Under the pieces are notes generated by a model. It did no database searches, had not been told where the DNA came from, and worked only from the letters and a program-made list of their open reading frames with translations. The position numbers were made by a program, and so were the translations under genes. A DNA stretch of 64,000 nucleotides. Source: a virus. Positions 18,901 through 27,363 of the stretch are shown piece after piece; the first letter of the stretch is position 1, and each line of letters starts with the position of its first letter. The DNA is taken from the IMG/VR virus record IMGVR_UViG_3300029922_000007, positions 102,170 to 166,169 of that record. The stretch is one strand, 5' to 3'.

Positions 18901-21165
18901 AATGATTACTTCTGGAGAATCGATTAGGATCCAAACATGGGCGTTAGAGGTGAGCGTTACTGATCCAGAAGGAATGGTGATGCCTTTAATGTTGGCTTGA
19001 GTTACGAGAGTGCCTGCGGAAAGCTTATCTCCTTTAACCAAGGGCTTGACCAACTGAATCTGAGCGGTATTTCTGTCCAAAATATAGTCTGAAGCTACCC
19101 CAGTGGAGGTGAGGTCGGTGACGCTGATCATTCCCTTAGCAATCAAAGAGCTTGGATTAGCTACGGTATTTACGACCGTAACTTGAGCGCGATTTACCGC
19201 GCCAAGATTACTGGTGAATTCGATGGTGGACCCAACAGGGGTAGCAGTAACACCGGTAAGAAGTTTATTGAAGACGTTGACCCAAGATTGAATGCTGTTT
19301 GAGGAAGAGACGGTTTGATAAGTACCTTCAGCGACAAATTCAGCATCGGTGACAGTATAGGTCGTTGGTTGGGTTCCATCTACTGAAAGACTGAGAGTTT
19401 CGCCATTAGCAATAGTAGCGGACCAAAGACTCTGTGACTCAGTAAAGATAGAAGCAGTAGATCCATCTTCAGTGAGAAGGATTCCGTTTTTGTAGAGTCT
19501 GAGAGTTTTGGCGACGTTGGACGGGAATTGGAGTGCGAGGTTTGCATCGGTTACCAGGGAAGAGCTTGGGGGTTTAACTTGGATAGTATTGATAGTTTGG
19601 GAAATAGGACGAATGACGACAAAAGTTCCGTCGCCAGAAGTAACCGCTTCATAGGCAAGTAGGGTGTCGGCATTAATGCTAGCGGTAACTTCGTAGGCCG
19701 TAGCAGATCCTGGATTCTGAAAGTCGGTGGAAGCGAAAGTGTGCTGATAAGTAACATTCCCAACGATAACTTCCAGGACTTCGCCACCAGAAAGGGCGAA
19801 TGGGGATGGAGCAACAGTTTCAAGGAGAGCCTTAGTTACTGAAGTTTGGGTTCCACCAGTTACGAGTTGAAAATATTGTTCGCCGCCAAGAGCAGAATCT
19901 ACGATGGACTCGATTCCAACACCTAACCACGTAGCTTCGTAGCCGGAGCCATCATCAACATAAACAATGGTATTGCCCGAAGAATTCAGGATATCCGTGC
20001 TAACGATGGTAGCCGAAGAATTAGGGTCTTGGACCCCGAGCAATGCGCTCTCGATTGCAGTTACGGTCCCTAAGCCAGTAGAAGAAAGTTGAAGCTTGAT
20101 TCTAATCCTGTACGCATCATCTGTCTCTGTGTCGGCCCCGGTGGTAAAAGAAACGGGGTTAGTAACTGTAGCATTTGGGAAAGGAGCGCCTGCAAATTCA
20201 TCAACGGCACCAGCAGGAGCGTTCCCTAGAGCGCCTGGAAGCATGGCCGTCACAGCCACATTAGTCACGGTCGTTTCGCCATCGAGAATGATGGCCTGCT
20301 GAGTTACTGAGAATTGAATGTCTGGAGTGGACCCAACACCTGGATCGACTACGACAGTATTGACTGGGATAGTCCTAACGCCACCTTGAGCAAGAATAAC
20401 GGATTCGTTCAGGTTGTGATACTTAGTGGTTGGGCTAACCAGGGTAATGGCCCAATAGGAGCCAACTCGAACTGGAGGGGTACTGAAGGTAAAGACGATC
20501 CCACCAGCAGTTGCGGTGGCCGGATTGCTGATTGTAATTTGGCTACTAGAATCTACTGATTGGATGATGGATCCAGCTACAATGCCGATACCTGAAATAG
20601 GGAAGCCAGCGAGTAGGCCAAGAGTCGAAGATAGGCCGGAAATGACGTTTGAGAGATTTGCAGTGCTACCAGTGGCAGAAAGGGTTCCGGTGCCATAGGT
20701 TAGAGGGCCTTCGATGTCGGAGGTGCCACGGCCAATATAGAGGCCTCCGGTGGCTGGGAAGAGGGAAGCGTCGGAAACATAGATGGTGGTAGAGCCAATG
20801 AGGGGTGGATTCAAGCCAGAATAGATCTTGGCAGAAATCTTCTGAAATGAAGTATCAATTACCGTTACAAATCCAGTAGTTACCTTGGCGGTAAGGCGTG
20901 GAATGCCGTATTCTACGCCAAGACGATCTAAACTACTGCCCGTAGCCCTATCCAGGGAGAAATCTCGGAGGATAGAGAAGATGTCCCCGCTTGACCTAGC
21001 GGCTATCAAACTGACAATTTCAAAAAATTTTACATTGGCAGCCGAAACGCTTTGATCGGAAATCCCCAACGATCCCGCATAGCTAGAGAGTGCATTGCCA
21101 AGAATCTGTTGGTAGCTCTGGGGCTGTGGGAGAGATCCATTTTGAGAAGTAGGGGTAGTGGCCAT
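12925..21165 (-). CDS. Giant baseplate-J (gp6-like) protein with about 2200 aa of inserted beta domains, including two DUF3494-like domains
   Basis: N-terminal ATGSSLDRLGVEYGIPR..PGALGN..GADTETDDAYRIRI..GTVTAI; C-terminal SAAGTNIFI..QASVYSLI..LGVSIDLSSIV..IPGVTSV. Confidence 0.85.
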   Translation of the reverse strand: MATTPTSQNGSLPQPQSYQQILGNALSSYAGSLGISDQSVSAANVKFFEIVSLIAARSSGDIFSILRDFSLDRATGSSLDRLGVEYGIPRLTAKVTTGFVTVIDTSFQKISAKIYSGLNPPLIGSTTIYVSDASLFPATGGLYIGRGTSDIEGPLTYGTGTLSATGSTANLSNVISGLSSTLGLLAGFPISGIGIVAGSIIQSVDSSSQITISNPATATAGGIVFTFSTPPVRVGSYWAITLVSPTTKYHNLNESVILAQGGVRTIPVNTVVVDPGVGSTPDIQFSVTQQAIILDGETTVTNVAVTAMLPGALGNAPAGAVDEFAGAPFPNATVTNPVSFTTGADTETDDAYRIRIKLQLSSTGLGTVTAIESALLGVQDPNSSATIVSTDILNSSGNTIVYVDDGSGYEATWLGVGIESIVDSALGGEQYFQLVTGGTQTSVTKALLETVAPSPFALSGGEVLEVIVGNVTYQHTFASTDFQNPGSATAYEVTASINADTLLAYEAVTSGDGTFVVIRPISQTINTIQVKPPSSSLVTDANLALQFPSNVAKTLRLYKNGILLTEDGSTASIFTESQSLWSATIANGETLSLSVDGTQPTTYTVTDAEFVAEGTYQTVSSSNSIQSWVNVFNKLLTGVTATPVGSTIEFTSNLGAVNRAQVTVVNTVANPSSLIAKGMISVTDLTSTGVASDYILDRNTAQIQLVKPLVKGDKLSAGTLVTQANIKGITIPSGSVTLTSNAHVWILIDSPEVIIPTIQSGSNLSVSVSGDLVSYTSSGANSFSNVLPGDYVIIWSAEIPDTDQLEGRVHSATGSVLTIKVTAAEAALVTPVTNALYVQGLVVVRTNNVPQKFEVTSGTSTLDVIAAELQAQTDEATFTVFDNTNIVVTTNTLNTEGELTIVTADAEGQALGFTTQANSSSQDALVAFYETQATTAELPLFFHSTISADSYAEPIDTYLTNFTSTRSLSQFGPNEIINFLNPYGSSPSLTGGPSTSPLASAADYGILAASAITNSVGTSTVNGSLGEYPGSTVTGSFTVTGATNLANGAAHTAQNDALAAYTTMAAEAPGTVIPSALDGQTLTPGVYSFSSGAATLATSGPATLTFNGAGQYIIITASTLTTGAGGVPTMVLSGGALAKNIFWIVGSSATINSGNIGTFQGNIIAQASITNTLGGTVNGSLIALTAAVTLSAAAVVNSQPSSGSPVLTKVSGTGDSTITFSAFTSPAPGQFVFTTTSANATSGAVYSNNGIFFTVGTTIIAGTTLTTAGTGLIDDEQPSEENVQMWATSGTAITILPEYPNVRRLRIADRYYVANPLDFGYNDTVVTIVDNNTAGETYTMPLYRRAIVNSTWPANDYSFNAYDVDAGPTASFATNFAGFDFSNFKVLLQPKFVLQGSNAQTALLIRSTLWGRSGEAVNVSYVYPTSANQPINSTVTVTSNNEVSVSIGLQSGAPIASSIAPSTLWNVTVTPNTPTAGTDQVTYNWDGVYTFTVPTAAAATIGATYTSNGQTFTVTATKVTLVGTTITAMSAGGPPLASGILTKTSGTGDSTIAFSAFTLSGPGNPALFLSGGEYVTILSSTGFNIANTGTFKVSSAVGFTPTSTSFSVQVPTGTAVNQTGVVTTILNGITFYIATPTTAAQINTYINANLKQYFTSTIVNDGGTTGSGIIALSTFEDSGFTHPFYFLKDGINWIASSNVTGNPQFTLKEPLTYPSDTGYSFFTSGDEVRLIPTTMDQVQRLWSILAVTGFTTVGTVEVVDRGTKLQLATETLGSVGAIQIVGGSGNEYVVPVLTSGELLGNNEMSISANSIASQAVASDQWFRLQAANYQTKDTGISNNTSVTVLQNTPIDGQSTIILLNQETAQLYFGAPRSGIRVVGDTFRVEKQGLLTCLSWNGVGTSPDFSSSVNFNDTGNWTVNVSSDGTYTSVPTPTPPPSPLASAATYGILASSAITNSVGTSVVNGNLGEYPGSTVTGTFTVTGSTNLANSAANTAQNDALAAYTSMQTLGLAGTAISADLDGVVLTPGNYKESSGTFNLATSGPATLTFNGAGQYIIYAASTLTTGAGGVPTMVLTGGATAADIFWIVGSSATINSGSAGTFEGNIVAQASIINTLGGIVNGSLIALTAAVTLSDTATINTQSAPPGPAGNANFAGLSIGDLITITRMANAGNNGTFFVTGVSPDGLSFTVSNPSVVVENGTIVLAGDFTATSSVSEGDTMILASPFSPLNQGEYRVIRENNDSVWYENANSVEEEVTCTAGTISTGYDATTVFNVSVSGGIETLSWTGTGTAPFLGVAQPGDVVTFGTGFSTPNQGSFTVKQSGPSQQQIVQFTMPPAITFPSTGPGDYFEIWNGGNANKYYVWYNVSGGSNTDPAPAGFTGIEVTVVGGVTPDTAATVATKTNTALSALALMTHSVSGNVVTVTATVAAATHVPVDVSMPAAFSFVVTQTGQTPFLTVVNPSAVVQSGISSVTFSVDRPQIQFYPYEAAVPGDKFVVNGTVLGAGNSGTYNILQVLSPTSVVVSGVISTQYDTNVAGNFSSLSVQEGIKYTGYKQVAYVASEPGTTSFNDIVFNTSAQYEKIDLSAGVTMTALGKLNFPTTIRLGIDSYNYDTGLIGESNRVIYGDPRDPISYPGVSAAGTNIFIREPLDFRVKVSLAIRTNIGVSFSQITQQIQASVYSLIESNPLGVSIDLSSIVETVRLIPGVTSVVMVSPAYNVNNDEIVLATGQKAFVVQLSDISVSLLT
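14750..15357 (-). other. DUF3494/ice-binding-like domain 2 in the baseplate-J protein
   Basis: LASAATYGILASSAITN..GNLG.YPG..AQNDALAAY..LDG.VLTPG.Y..IFWIVGSSATI..FEGNIVAQASI..GSLIALTAAVTL. Confidence 0.85.
17575..18180 (-). other. DUF3494/ice-binding-like domain 1 in the baseplate-J protein
   Basis: LASAADYGILAASAITN..AQNDALAAY..LDGQTLTPGVY..NIFWIVGSSATI..FQGNIIAQASIT..NGSLIALTAAVTL. Confidence 0.85.
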
Positions 21166-21169
21166 ACAG

Positions 21170-21177
21170 TAAGATTG
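21170..21177 (-). promoter_or_regulatory. Putative late promoter motif CAATCTTA
   Basis: 4 nt upstream of the baseplate-J ATG; no SD present. Confidence 0.65.
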
Positions 21178-21181
21178 GGGG

Positions 21182-22165
21182 TTAAAGGATCCCCATCTCC
21201 TTAAGTTTTTTCTTATCCCAAAGCTCAGAGTTTGGAAATTGGGTAAGAAACCAATCCCATTTAATTTGGGACTTCGGTCTCATATATCCCTTAATTTCTA
21301 CCCACTTATTTTCATTAATTAGAAAAAGATCTGGTAGGTAGGTGGAAGTTTTGCCGGTTATAGCTGATGCCGGTAGGGTGAAGGTTTGAGGCTGCCATAG
21401 GAAATCTATTTTCCTCTCATTCAGATAATCAACGACCTTAGGCTCGTAAGAGGCCTGACAAACAAGTTCTTCCCCTGTTTTCCAATGAAATTTTATGACG
21501 CTGTTGCTTTGTGTTCTAGCAGCTTTTAGGGAAACATCTTTATTTTGCATTGGATTGGGAAACCCGTACTTTTCCAAATTAGTTTTCATAAATTTTTGTC
21601 TAGTTCTAGCGGGATGTCCGTGTCCTTTAAAGGCGCTAGTGACTAAGCATTCGAAGGCCCCATGCTCTTTATCTATGAAAGATGCTTTGTCGTTGATTAC
21701 GGTATAGGTATCCTCTACTATAGTAATGGTGTCTCCATGAACATCCGATATTCTTTTCCTTACTTCTGTAATGGGAATTCTGTACGTAAGCGGATGATTA
21801 GTGCCGTTAACTACTACGTTTTTAACTGAAGCGTCCCATGGACCGTGAGTTTTATTTATAAACGTTGCATCACTTCTTGAATTTTTGTAGGTCTCTTCGA
21901 CTATTGTAACGTCCTCCCCATGCATTTTAAAAAGTCTACGTTTTACCTCTTCTATTTTTTGTGTTTTCTTTTCAGTGCTATCTTTGGGGTGGCCGTGACC
22001 GTCTAGGATATTCTTAACCCATGGATTCCAGGGTCCGTGTTTCTTATGTATGAAAGTTGCTTTAGCTAATATTTCCGTATAGGTGCTTTCCACTATGGAG
22101 ATTGTGTCTCCATGTGCCCTGAATATCCTATTTTTAATCTCTTCGATGGGGATCCTTTTACTCAT
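21182..22165 (-). CDS. Putative homing endonuclease, DUF723-like repeats plus C-terminal PD-(D/E)xK nuclease
   Basis: Three HGD.I.IVE.TY..A.FI.K.HG repeats; TNLEKYG motif; YLPDLFL..WVEIKG. Confidence 0.8.
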   Translation of the reverse strand: MSKRIPIEEIKNRIFRAHGDTISIVESTYTEILAKATFIHKKHGPWNPWVKNILDGHGHPKDSTEKKTQKIEEVKRRLFKMHGEDVTIVEETYKNSRSDATFINKTHGPWDASVKNVVVNGTNHPLTYRIPITEVRKRISDVHGDTITIVEDTYTVINDKASFIDKEHGAFECLVTSAFKGHGHPARTRQKFMKTNLEKYGFPNPMQNKDVSLKAARTQSNSVIKFHWKTGEELVCQASYEPKVVDYLNERKIDFLWQPQTFTLPASAITGKTSTYLPDLFLINENKWVEIKGYMRPKSQIKWDWFLTQFPNSELWDKKKLKEMGIL

Positions 22166-22177
22166 ACGATCCTTATA

Positions 22178-24925
22178 TCATTGATTCGCTAGCTGATTAC
22201 CTAGTTGGAATCCGATTGGAAAAACTCCGGCGACCCCCGCAATACCCACTGCAAGATTAATGCTAAGTGATGGACCTTGCTGGTTAATTTGTAGGCCCGT
22301 AATCCCACTAAATCTTGGATCAGAAGTAATAGCGTTCGTAATCGAATTATAGATATCTTGTGCTTTGAAGTCGGCGATACTGGATCCCGGCTTTACCGCA
22401 GCACCAAATGTTGGATTGGCGTAACTGGTCCCAGCAACACTGGACATGGTGGTCGTCAAAGCCTGCACGAGATTTGGGATCCCTGCTGCAAGTCTAAAAT
22501 CTCCAGTATTGGTAACGGCAAGGTCCGCACCACTTCCATTACTGTTGGGCTGTAAAAGCCAATCGACCTTCGAAAGTGCGACTAAATCCACATTTGCCAC
22601 GGAAGTTGGAATTGATATTTGGTCGTAGGCTGGAGTTTGCAAATCTGAAGGGATAAAGATCACATTCGAACTATTGACGGTGCCAGGCAGGTACGCTTTC
22701 AGGTAGGCTCCGTCCGCGATTTTATAGATTTCCAGGTTCGCATCTCCATCTAAAGTCAACAAGAAGCTCGTCTGTGAAAGCGTAACGATATCCAGGATAG
22801 TTCTAGTGGTTGGGCTCTGAACCGAAGAATTGATGGAAACTAGCTGGCCTACAACTAAATTGGTACTGTCTCCGATGACTATATTCCTACCGTCGGCGTT
22901 GGATAGCAAATTATAAACAAAGCCCGTCTGATCGATGTAGGGTTCGACTAAGTTATTTAGTGTTGCAATCTCAAGCCATCTCTGCGCATCTCCCAAATAT
23001 CTGAGAGCGATCCCTTCCATATCCAAACCAAACGGGACTGGCTGTTGAACCTTAGAATTCGGAATAGAGAATGGGATACCTGAAGCTTGAGCTAAACTCT
23101 GTACGTACTCCATGTTATTTAGGGTATCCTGACTATCCAATTGTTGGGTTGCCGTCAGAATATCGTACGATTGCAGAAGCTCATAGAAAGTTTGCAGGAT
23201 ACTATATTGGTCTAAGGTGATAACCTGATTGCTAGTGTTTGGTGTAAATGGAGTATTATAGATTTTGCTATAGTACTGGTTTCCAGCCCCGAAAGAACTC
23301 TCAAGCTGCGTGACCATTGTTAGGATCGTTCCGCGCATTGCCTTGAGTTGTGCTACAGAAAATGAGTTTACCGTATCTACTTCGTTTTCTAGAGCCGCTT
23401 GTTGCTTTGAATTGAGTTTTAGGCTATTCACTGGAACCTGGCTGAAAAGCATTGGATTTAGTTGTGGTTTAACGAAGATATTATAGGCTGGATCGACTAC
23501 GGAGGCTGGAGAGATAGGAGAAGAGGTTACCCGCATTCTACCGCCTATATGAGGTTTCACGGGACCTGGCTGAGATCCTGCGAAGTTTTGTGGTGATAGC
23601 CCTTCGTTATCTCCAACAGAGGCCTTCAGAGCTTTAATTGCCCCGAGTACCCCTCCATTAGTGGCTCCAGCGCCCGTCAGGTTATTTAGGGTAAGCGTAC
23701 TCATGAACTGAGTGATAGTGCTTGAAGCGTCGTTAATAAGCTGTGAGGGTAAGTCGGAAGCAGCAATGGCAACTCCGGCAAGATCTTTAACGAATAGTCC
23801 AGTTTGACGGATTATATTCAGGATATTGTCAACATCGGAACGAACAGAGCCAATCAGAGCGGCAGAAGCTGCAGCAGTATTTTGTGCGGCAGTAATGGTT
23901 CCTAATATTTGTTGGAGAACACCTGGAGTGATTGGAATCAAAGTGCTTGGAGTATTTGCAAAATAATTGTTTAGGTCAATTCTACGCCAAGCTTTCAGCT
24001 GGAGATTGTAATTGATCTCCATTGGCTTATTTACATTTTCGTTCCAGGTAAAGGCTACTGGCGAGACCACAAAGGATTGTTTTTGTTTAGGAATGTCAAA
24101 GACTAGCCGCCAACTTGCGTTTACCGGATTCTTTTTAGCTTCTGCATACTGTTCTAGAAATTGTTGAAGGGCTATGGCCTGATAATATCCGGTTAGTTGT
24201 AGACCGTTACCTTGATCGCCAGGATCGCCTGGACTTACCGTTTTTGGTTTATTTGCATTTCCGGTTAGAGCGCTAACCACTGATGAGAATTGGGTAGCTA
24301 CGTTTTGGGCAGCAGCGATAGTACCTCCAAAGAGCGACTGCAGCCCGCTTGTTAGGGCGCTTGCAGGACTACCGGGAGGGGTAATGATGCTGTGTCTATT
24401 AGGCCAAACACCAAAAGTCCCCTGAATAGATATATTCTTAAATCTTACTCCGGAATGCTCTTCGAGGATACCCCTCAAGGTCGCCGACGTATTAATAGCA
24501 TAATTATCGGTAATATTAAGTTGTTGTGGGGTAATTGGTAAATTAAAGATCCACTGTGAATCGTCGATTGGCGTGATTGAGAGAGTTGAAACTGATTCTC
24601 CGGGAAGGGCCGTTACTTGCACCGTAGGAGTAATTGTTCCTCCAACAACGCCCCCTTTACCCTTATTAGCTCCCGTATCCCACACTATAAGCCTATAAGG
24701 CAGTAGTTTGTTCCAAAGTGTCCCATCCGGCTTGAAAAAAGAAAAAAAGGCGCTTTGGACTAAGGTCTTCGAATTTTGCCAAGGAAAAGAGCTGCCTTTA
24801 GCGTTATGGATCTGCGCGGCACTAATGGACGCCACAGAAAGAGGATTAAGGGATTGTGGGTTTGGTAGGCGCGTTTGAATTGGCCCTGCGGTGAAGCCGA
24901 AATTACTGTCTGTGCCGATGGTCAT
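22178..24925 (-). CDS. Multidomain baseplate protein: tube-initiator-like N-terminus, LysM-like domain, gp25-like C-terminus
   Basis: FNLPITPQQL..ISIQGTFG; MEGIALRYLGDAQRWLEIATLNNL; LAAGIPNLVQAL..PTFG..ITSDPRF. Confidence 0.7.
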   Translation of the reverse strand: MTIGTDSNFGFTAGPIQTRLPNPQSLNPLSVASISAAQIHNAKGSSFPWQNSKTLVQSAFFSFFKPDGTLWNKLLPYRLIVWDTGANKGKGGVVGGTITPTVQVTALPGESVSTLSITPIDDSQWIFNLPITPQQLNITDNYAINTSATLRGILEEHSGVRFKNISIQGTFGVWPNRHSIITPPGSPASALTSGLQSLFGGTIAAAQNVATQFSSVVSALTGNANKPKTVSPGDPGDQGNGLQLTGYYQAIALQQFLEQYAEAKKNPVNASWRLVFDIPKQKQSFVVSPVAFTWNENVNKPMEINYNLQLKAWRRIDLNNYFANTPSTLIPITPGVLQQILGTITAAQNTAAASAALIGSVRSDVDNILNIIRQTGLFVKDLAGVAIAASDLPSQLINDASSTITQFMSTLTLNNLTGAGATNGGVLGAIKALKASVGDNEGLSPQNFAGSQPGPVKPHIGGRMRVTSSPISPASVVDPAYNIFVKPQLNPMLFSQVPVNSLKLNSKQQAALENEVDTVNSFSVAQLKAMRGTILTMVTQLESSFGAGNQYYSKIYNTPFTPNTSNQVITLDQYSILQTFYELLQSYDILTATQQLDSQDTLNNMEYVQSLAQASGIPFSIPNSKVQQPVPFGLDMEGIALRYLGDAQRWLEIATLNNLVEPYIDQTGFVYNLLSNADGRNIVIGDSTNLVVGQLVSINSSVQSPTTRTILDIVTLSQTSFLLTLDGDANLEIYKIADGAYLKAYLPGTVNSSNVIFIPSDLQTPAYDQISIPTSVANVDLVALSKVDWLLQPNSNGSGADLAVTNTGDFRLAAGIPNLVQALTTTMSSVAGTSYANPTFGAAVKPGSSIADFKAQDIYNSITNAITSDPRFSGITGLQINQQGPSLSINLAVGIAGVAGVFPIGFQLGNQLANQ

Positions 24926-24945
24926 ATTAATCCTCTATATCGTAT

Positions 24946-24960
24946 GATAAGATTGACGGT
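24946..24960 (-). promoter_or_regulatory. Putative late promoter (ACCGTCAATCTTATC)
   Basis: Identical 15-mer at 33310-33324; upstream of an SD (GAGGA) and ATG 24925. Confidence 0.65.
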
Positions 24961-25012
24961 ACTCAAGACACGTCAAATGCTATATAAACGACTTGAGCGA
25001 AAGGAATAATAG

Positions 25013-25040
25013 TTGACTTAGCCCTATTTTTCGATATACT
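25013..25040 (+). promoter_or_regulatory. Sigma70-type promoter
   Basis: TTGACT-16-TATACT, followed by an AGGAG SD. Confidence 0.6.
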
Positions 25041-25058
25041 GACGTCAGGAGAACTGAG

Positions 25059-25331
25059 ATGGCCGAAAATACAAAGAAATTAGAGAATGAAATTAAAGAA
25101 CTAAATGGAATGTTAAAAGTGGCAGAAGATGCCCTTAATGATGTGATGAAAGCGTCCTATCTACAGTCTTTGGATAAACGCGTTGAATCATCAGAATTTT
25201 CAGTTCACGAACATTACCGAAAAATTGCCATGGATTCTTTGTACGCTATCAGTTTTAGGAAACTAGCCAATAAAGCCTTCCCGGATTGGACGGACGAGGA
25301 TGAGCATAAGTGGGATGGAGTGAAAGTGTGA
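25059..25331 (+). CDS. Hypothetical protein
   Basis: SD plus 90-aa ORF. Confidence 0.7.
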   Translation: MAENTKKLENEIKELNGMLKVAEDALNDVMKASYLQSLDKRVESSEFSVHEHYRKIAMDSLYAISFRKLANKAFPDWTDEDEHKWDGVKV

Positions 25332-25364
25332 AAACCGTAGAAGTGAGTGTCAGCGAGTAGAATT

Positions 25365-25925
25365 ATGCAGTTTTGCCGATACTTAGTAAACCTATCTCTT
25401 TTCGCGGTGTTGATCGCACTTTTGATCGATTGCTGTACCGTAGATGTACACTTTAGTAAGCCTGCGCCCGAATATAGCGGAGTTGACCCTAAGGTTGCCC
25501 AATATGTCAATGAATACTTGGAGTTAGCTAAAAGTAATGGAATTCGGTTTCATCATGTCGTTACCGTTGGATTTAAGAATATTCAGCAGGATTCCTCCAG
25601 CTACCGTACCATTGGATTAAGCAACTTTGGGACTTACTTTCGCGAAATTGATCTGGACAAGACTTCCTGGGATAACGCTACTGGAATGGGTAGGATGATG
25701 CTTGTATTTCACGAAAGTTCTCATAGCTACTGTAGCAGAGAGCACGACTTTGGGACAGGTAAAAAATATGAAATCGGCAAAAAAGAACCAACTTTGGAAA
25801 ACGGTTTTTACCCAGATAGGTGCCCTATATCACTCATGTATCCGGTTATCGTGGGAGACGATTGTGCGTTATCTCATTACTCCGATTATATTGTGGAGAT
25901 GTTCCAACGATGCACGCCCTATTAA
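25365..25925 (+). CDS. Exported/anchored zinc metallopeptidase (metzincin-like)
   Basis: N-terminal hydrophobic signal; HESSHSYCSREH (HExxHxxxxxxH) and Met-turn-like SLMYP. Confidence 0.7.
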   Translation: MQFCRYLVNLSLFAVLIALLIDCCTVDVHFSKPAPEYSGVDPKVAQYVNEYLELAKSNGIRFHHVVTVGFKNIQQDSSSYRTIGLSNFGTYFREIDLDKTSWDNATGMGRMMLVFHESSHSYCSREHDFGTGKKYEIGKKEPTLENGFYPDRCPISLMYPVIVGDDCALSHYSDYIVEMFQRCTPY

Positions 25926-25929
25926 TTAT

Positions 25930-26286
25930 ATGATGAGTAAAGAAGAGAAAGACGTAGTAACGGTCGTCTATAGGCGCTTTCTAGAGAGTGAGTCCGATGA
26001 TTCCTGGACTGACCTGGACGAGAAGATTTTGATGTTAGATTGGCTTACAGATCAGCAAATGATTTCTGAAGCTACATTGAAGTACCTGAGCCATAGTAAA
26101 GAAGGGACGATATTTCGCTGCATGCAGAATCATTCGCAGGCTGACTGTTTTTCTCCTTTTATCCTACAGGCTGTGGAAAGTATTGTCTTATTGTTTTCTG
26201 ACACTAATTATTTGCATGAAAGAAATAGGTATATACTCATGTTCTATCTGGCCATGAGCGATTTGGGCTTGATATTCAGCGAATAA
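25930..26286 (+). CDS. Hypothetical protein
   Basis: Start trimmed to ATG 25930, just after the upstream stop. Confidence 0.6.
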   Translation: MMSKEEKDVVTVVYRRFLESESDDSWTDLDEKILMLDWLTDQQMISEATLKYLSHSKEGTIFRCMQNHSQADCFSPFILQAVESIVLLFSDTNYLHERNRYILMFYLAMSDLGLIFSE

Positions 26287-26317
26287 CATACTACTATCCT
26301 GATAGGAGAATGTGTAT

Positions 26318-27355
26318 ATGGAAAAACCCGAAATTATGGAAACTGCAGAGCAAGACTTTTTAAATACTCTAATGGATCTTATGGATCTAATTTCCGATGA
26401 GGATCGTAAAGAGTGGAATTCGTTGGATCCACGAGAACAAAGTCGGCGTTGTAAAGAAGCGGTAGCCTCTCTTATGAATGAAGCTGTTTCCTTTAATAAA
26501 TGTGAGGCAGAGAAGGTCTCGGAAGACAAAATAGTACTAAATTGGACTAAAGAAGATCACCCTACCCGAGAAAGTTTGATTCAACAGATAAAAGAGTTAG
26601 AACTGCTAACCAGTGGCAGTAACTGCGGAGGAAGTTATGAGGACTCTCCCGTATCCTTTCGTAATCTTTATGACGCTAAAGCGAAGTTAGAAATTTGGGA
26701 TGAAGCGTTTGGGTCAAAAATGGAGCATCTTACCGACTTCGATGATCCCTATACCATTAAAGCTGCCAAAGAAAAGCAGGCTCATCATGACGCAACTACG
26801 GTTCCTAGACCGAGTATTAAAGAGCAGTTGGCAACAATGAGGCCGCCTAAGGATGCTATGGGGGAGATTGTTTCGGAATACCTTTCTAGAAAAAGTAAGA
26901 CTCCTGAATTAACCGAAGGGAAACCCTATATCATTGAGAGTGCTTCCTATGTCTTCGATAGTAATCCCAAAAATAAAATTGCAATGGGACAAATGAGAAA
27001 GAAATTCTGCGAATCCAATATTATGGAGTACGAAGATCGATACCTTCCCGTTAGTTATTTCGTAATTACTTTTACCCCAGAAAAGTTTATGAAGGCGGTA
27101 GAACTAATCTCTAAAGATCTTCAGACGGTAGGAGAGTTTATTGTAGGTCATTTAAGTTTGCCGAAAGTTCTGGTCCTATCGGGAAATAAACATGCCCTCT
27201 ATGTTTGGCCTTTTATTGACTACAAGAGGCTTGCCGAAAGTGTGGGTAAGGATTTTGGGATTGATTTTGAGTACGACGATATCGAGCTTCTTAAGTTTAT
27301 TAAGGTGGATAGCGCACGAGAAGAGGGGAGCCTTGGAGATAGTGATATCTCTTAA
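26318..27355 (+). CDS. Hypothetical protein
   Basis: TTGATA-17-TACTAT promoter and AGGAG SD upstream. Confidence 0.75.
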   Translation: MEKPEIMETAEQDFLNTLMDLMDLISDEDRKEWNSLDPREQSRRCKEAVASLMNEAVSFNKCEAEKVSEDKIVLNWTKEDHPTRESLIQQIKELELLTSGSNCGGSYEDSPVSFRNLYDAKAKLEIWDEAFGSKMEHLTDFDDPYTIKAAKEKQAHHDATTVPRPSIKEQLATMRPPKDAMGEIVSEYLSRKSKTPELTEGKPYIIESASYVFDSNPKNKIAMGQMRKKFCESNIMEYEDRYLPVSYFVITFTPEKFMKAVELISKDLQTVGEFIVGHLSLPKVLVLSGNKHALYVWPFIDYKRLAESVGKDFGIDFEYDDIELLKFIKVDSAREEGSLGDSDIS

Positions 27356-27363
27356 TAGACTCC

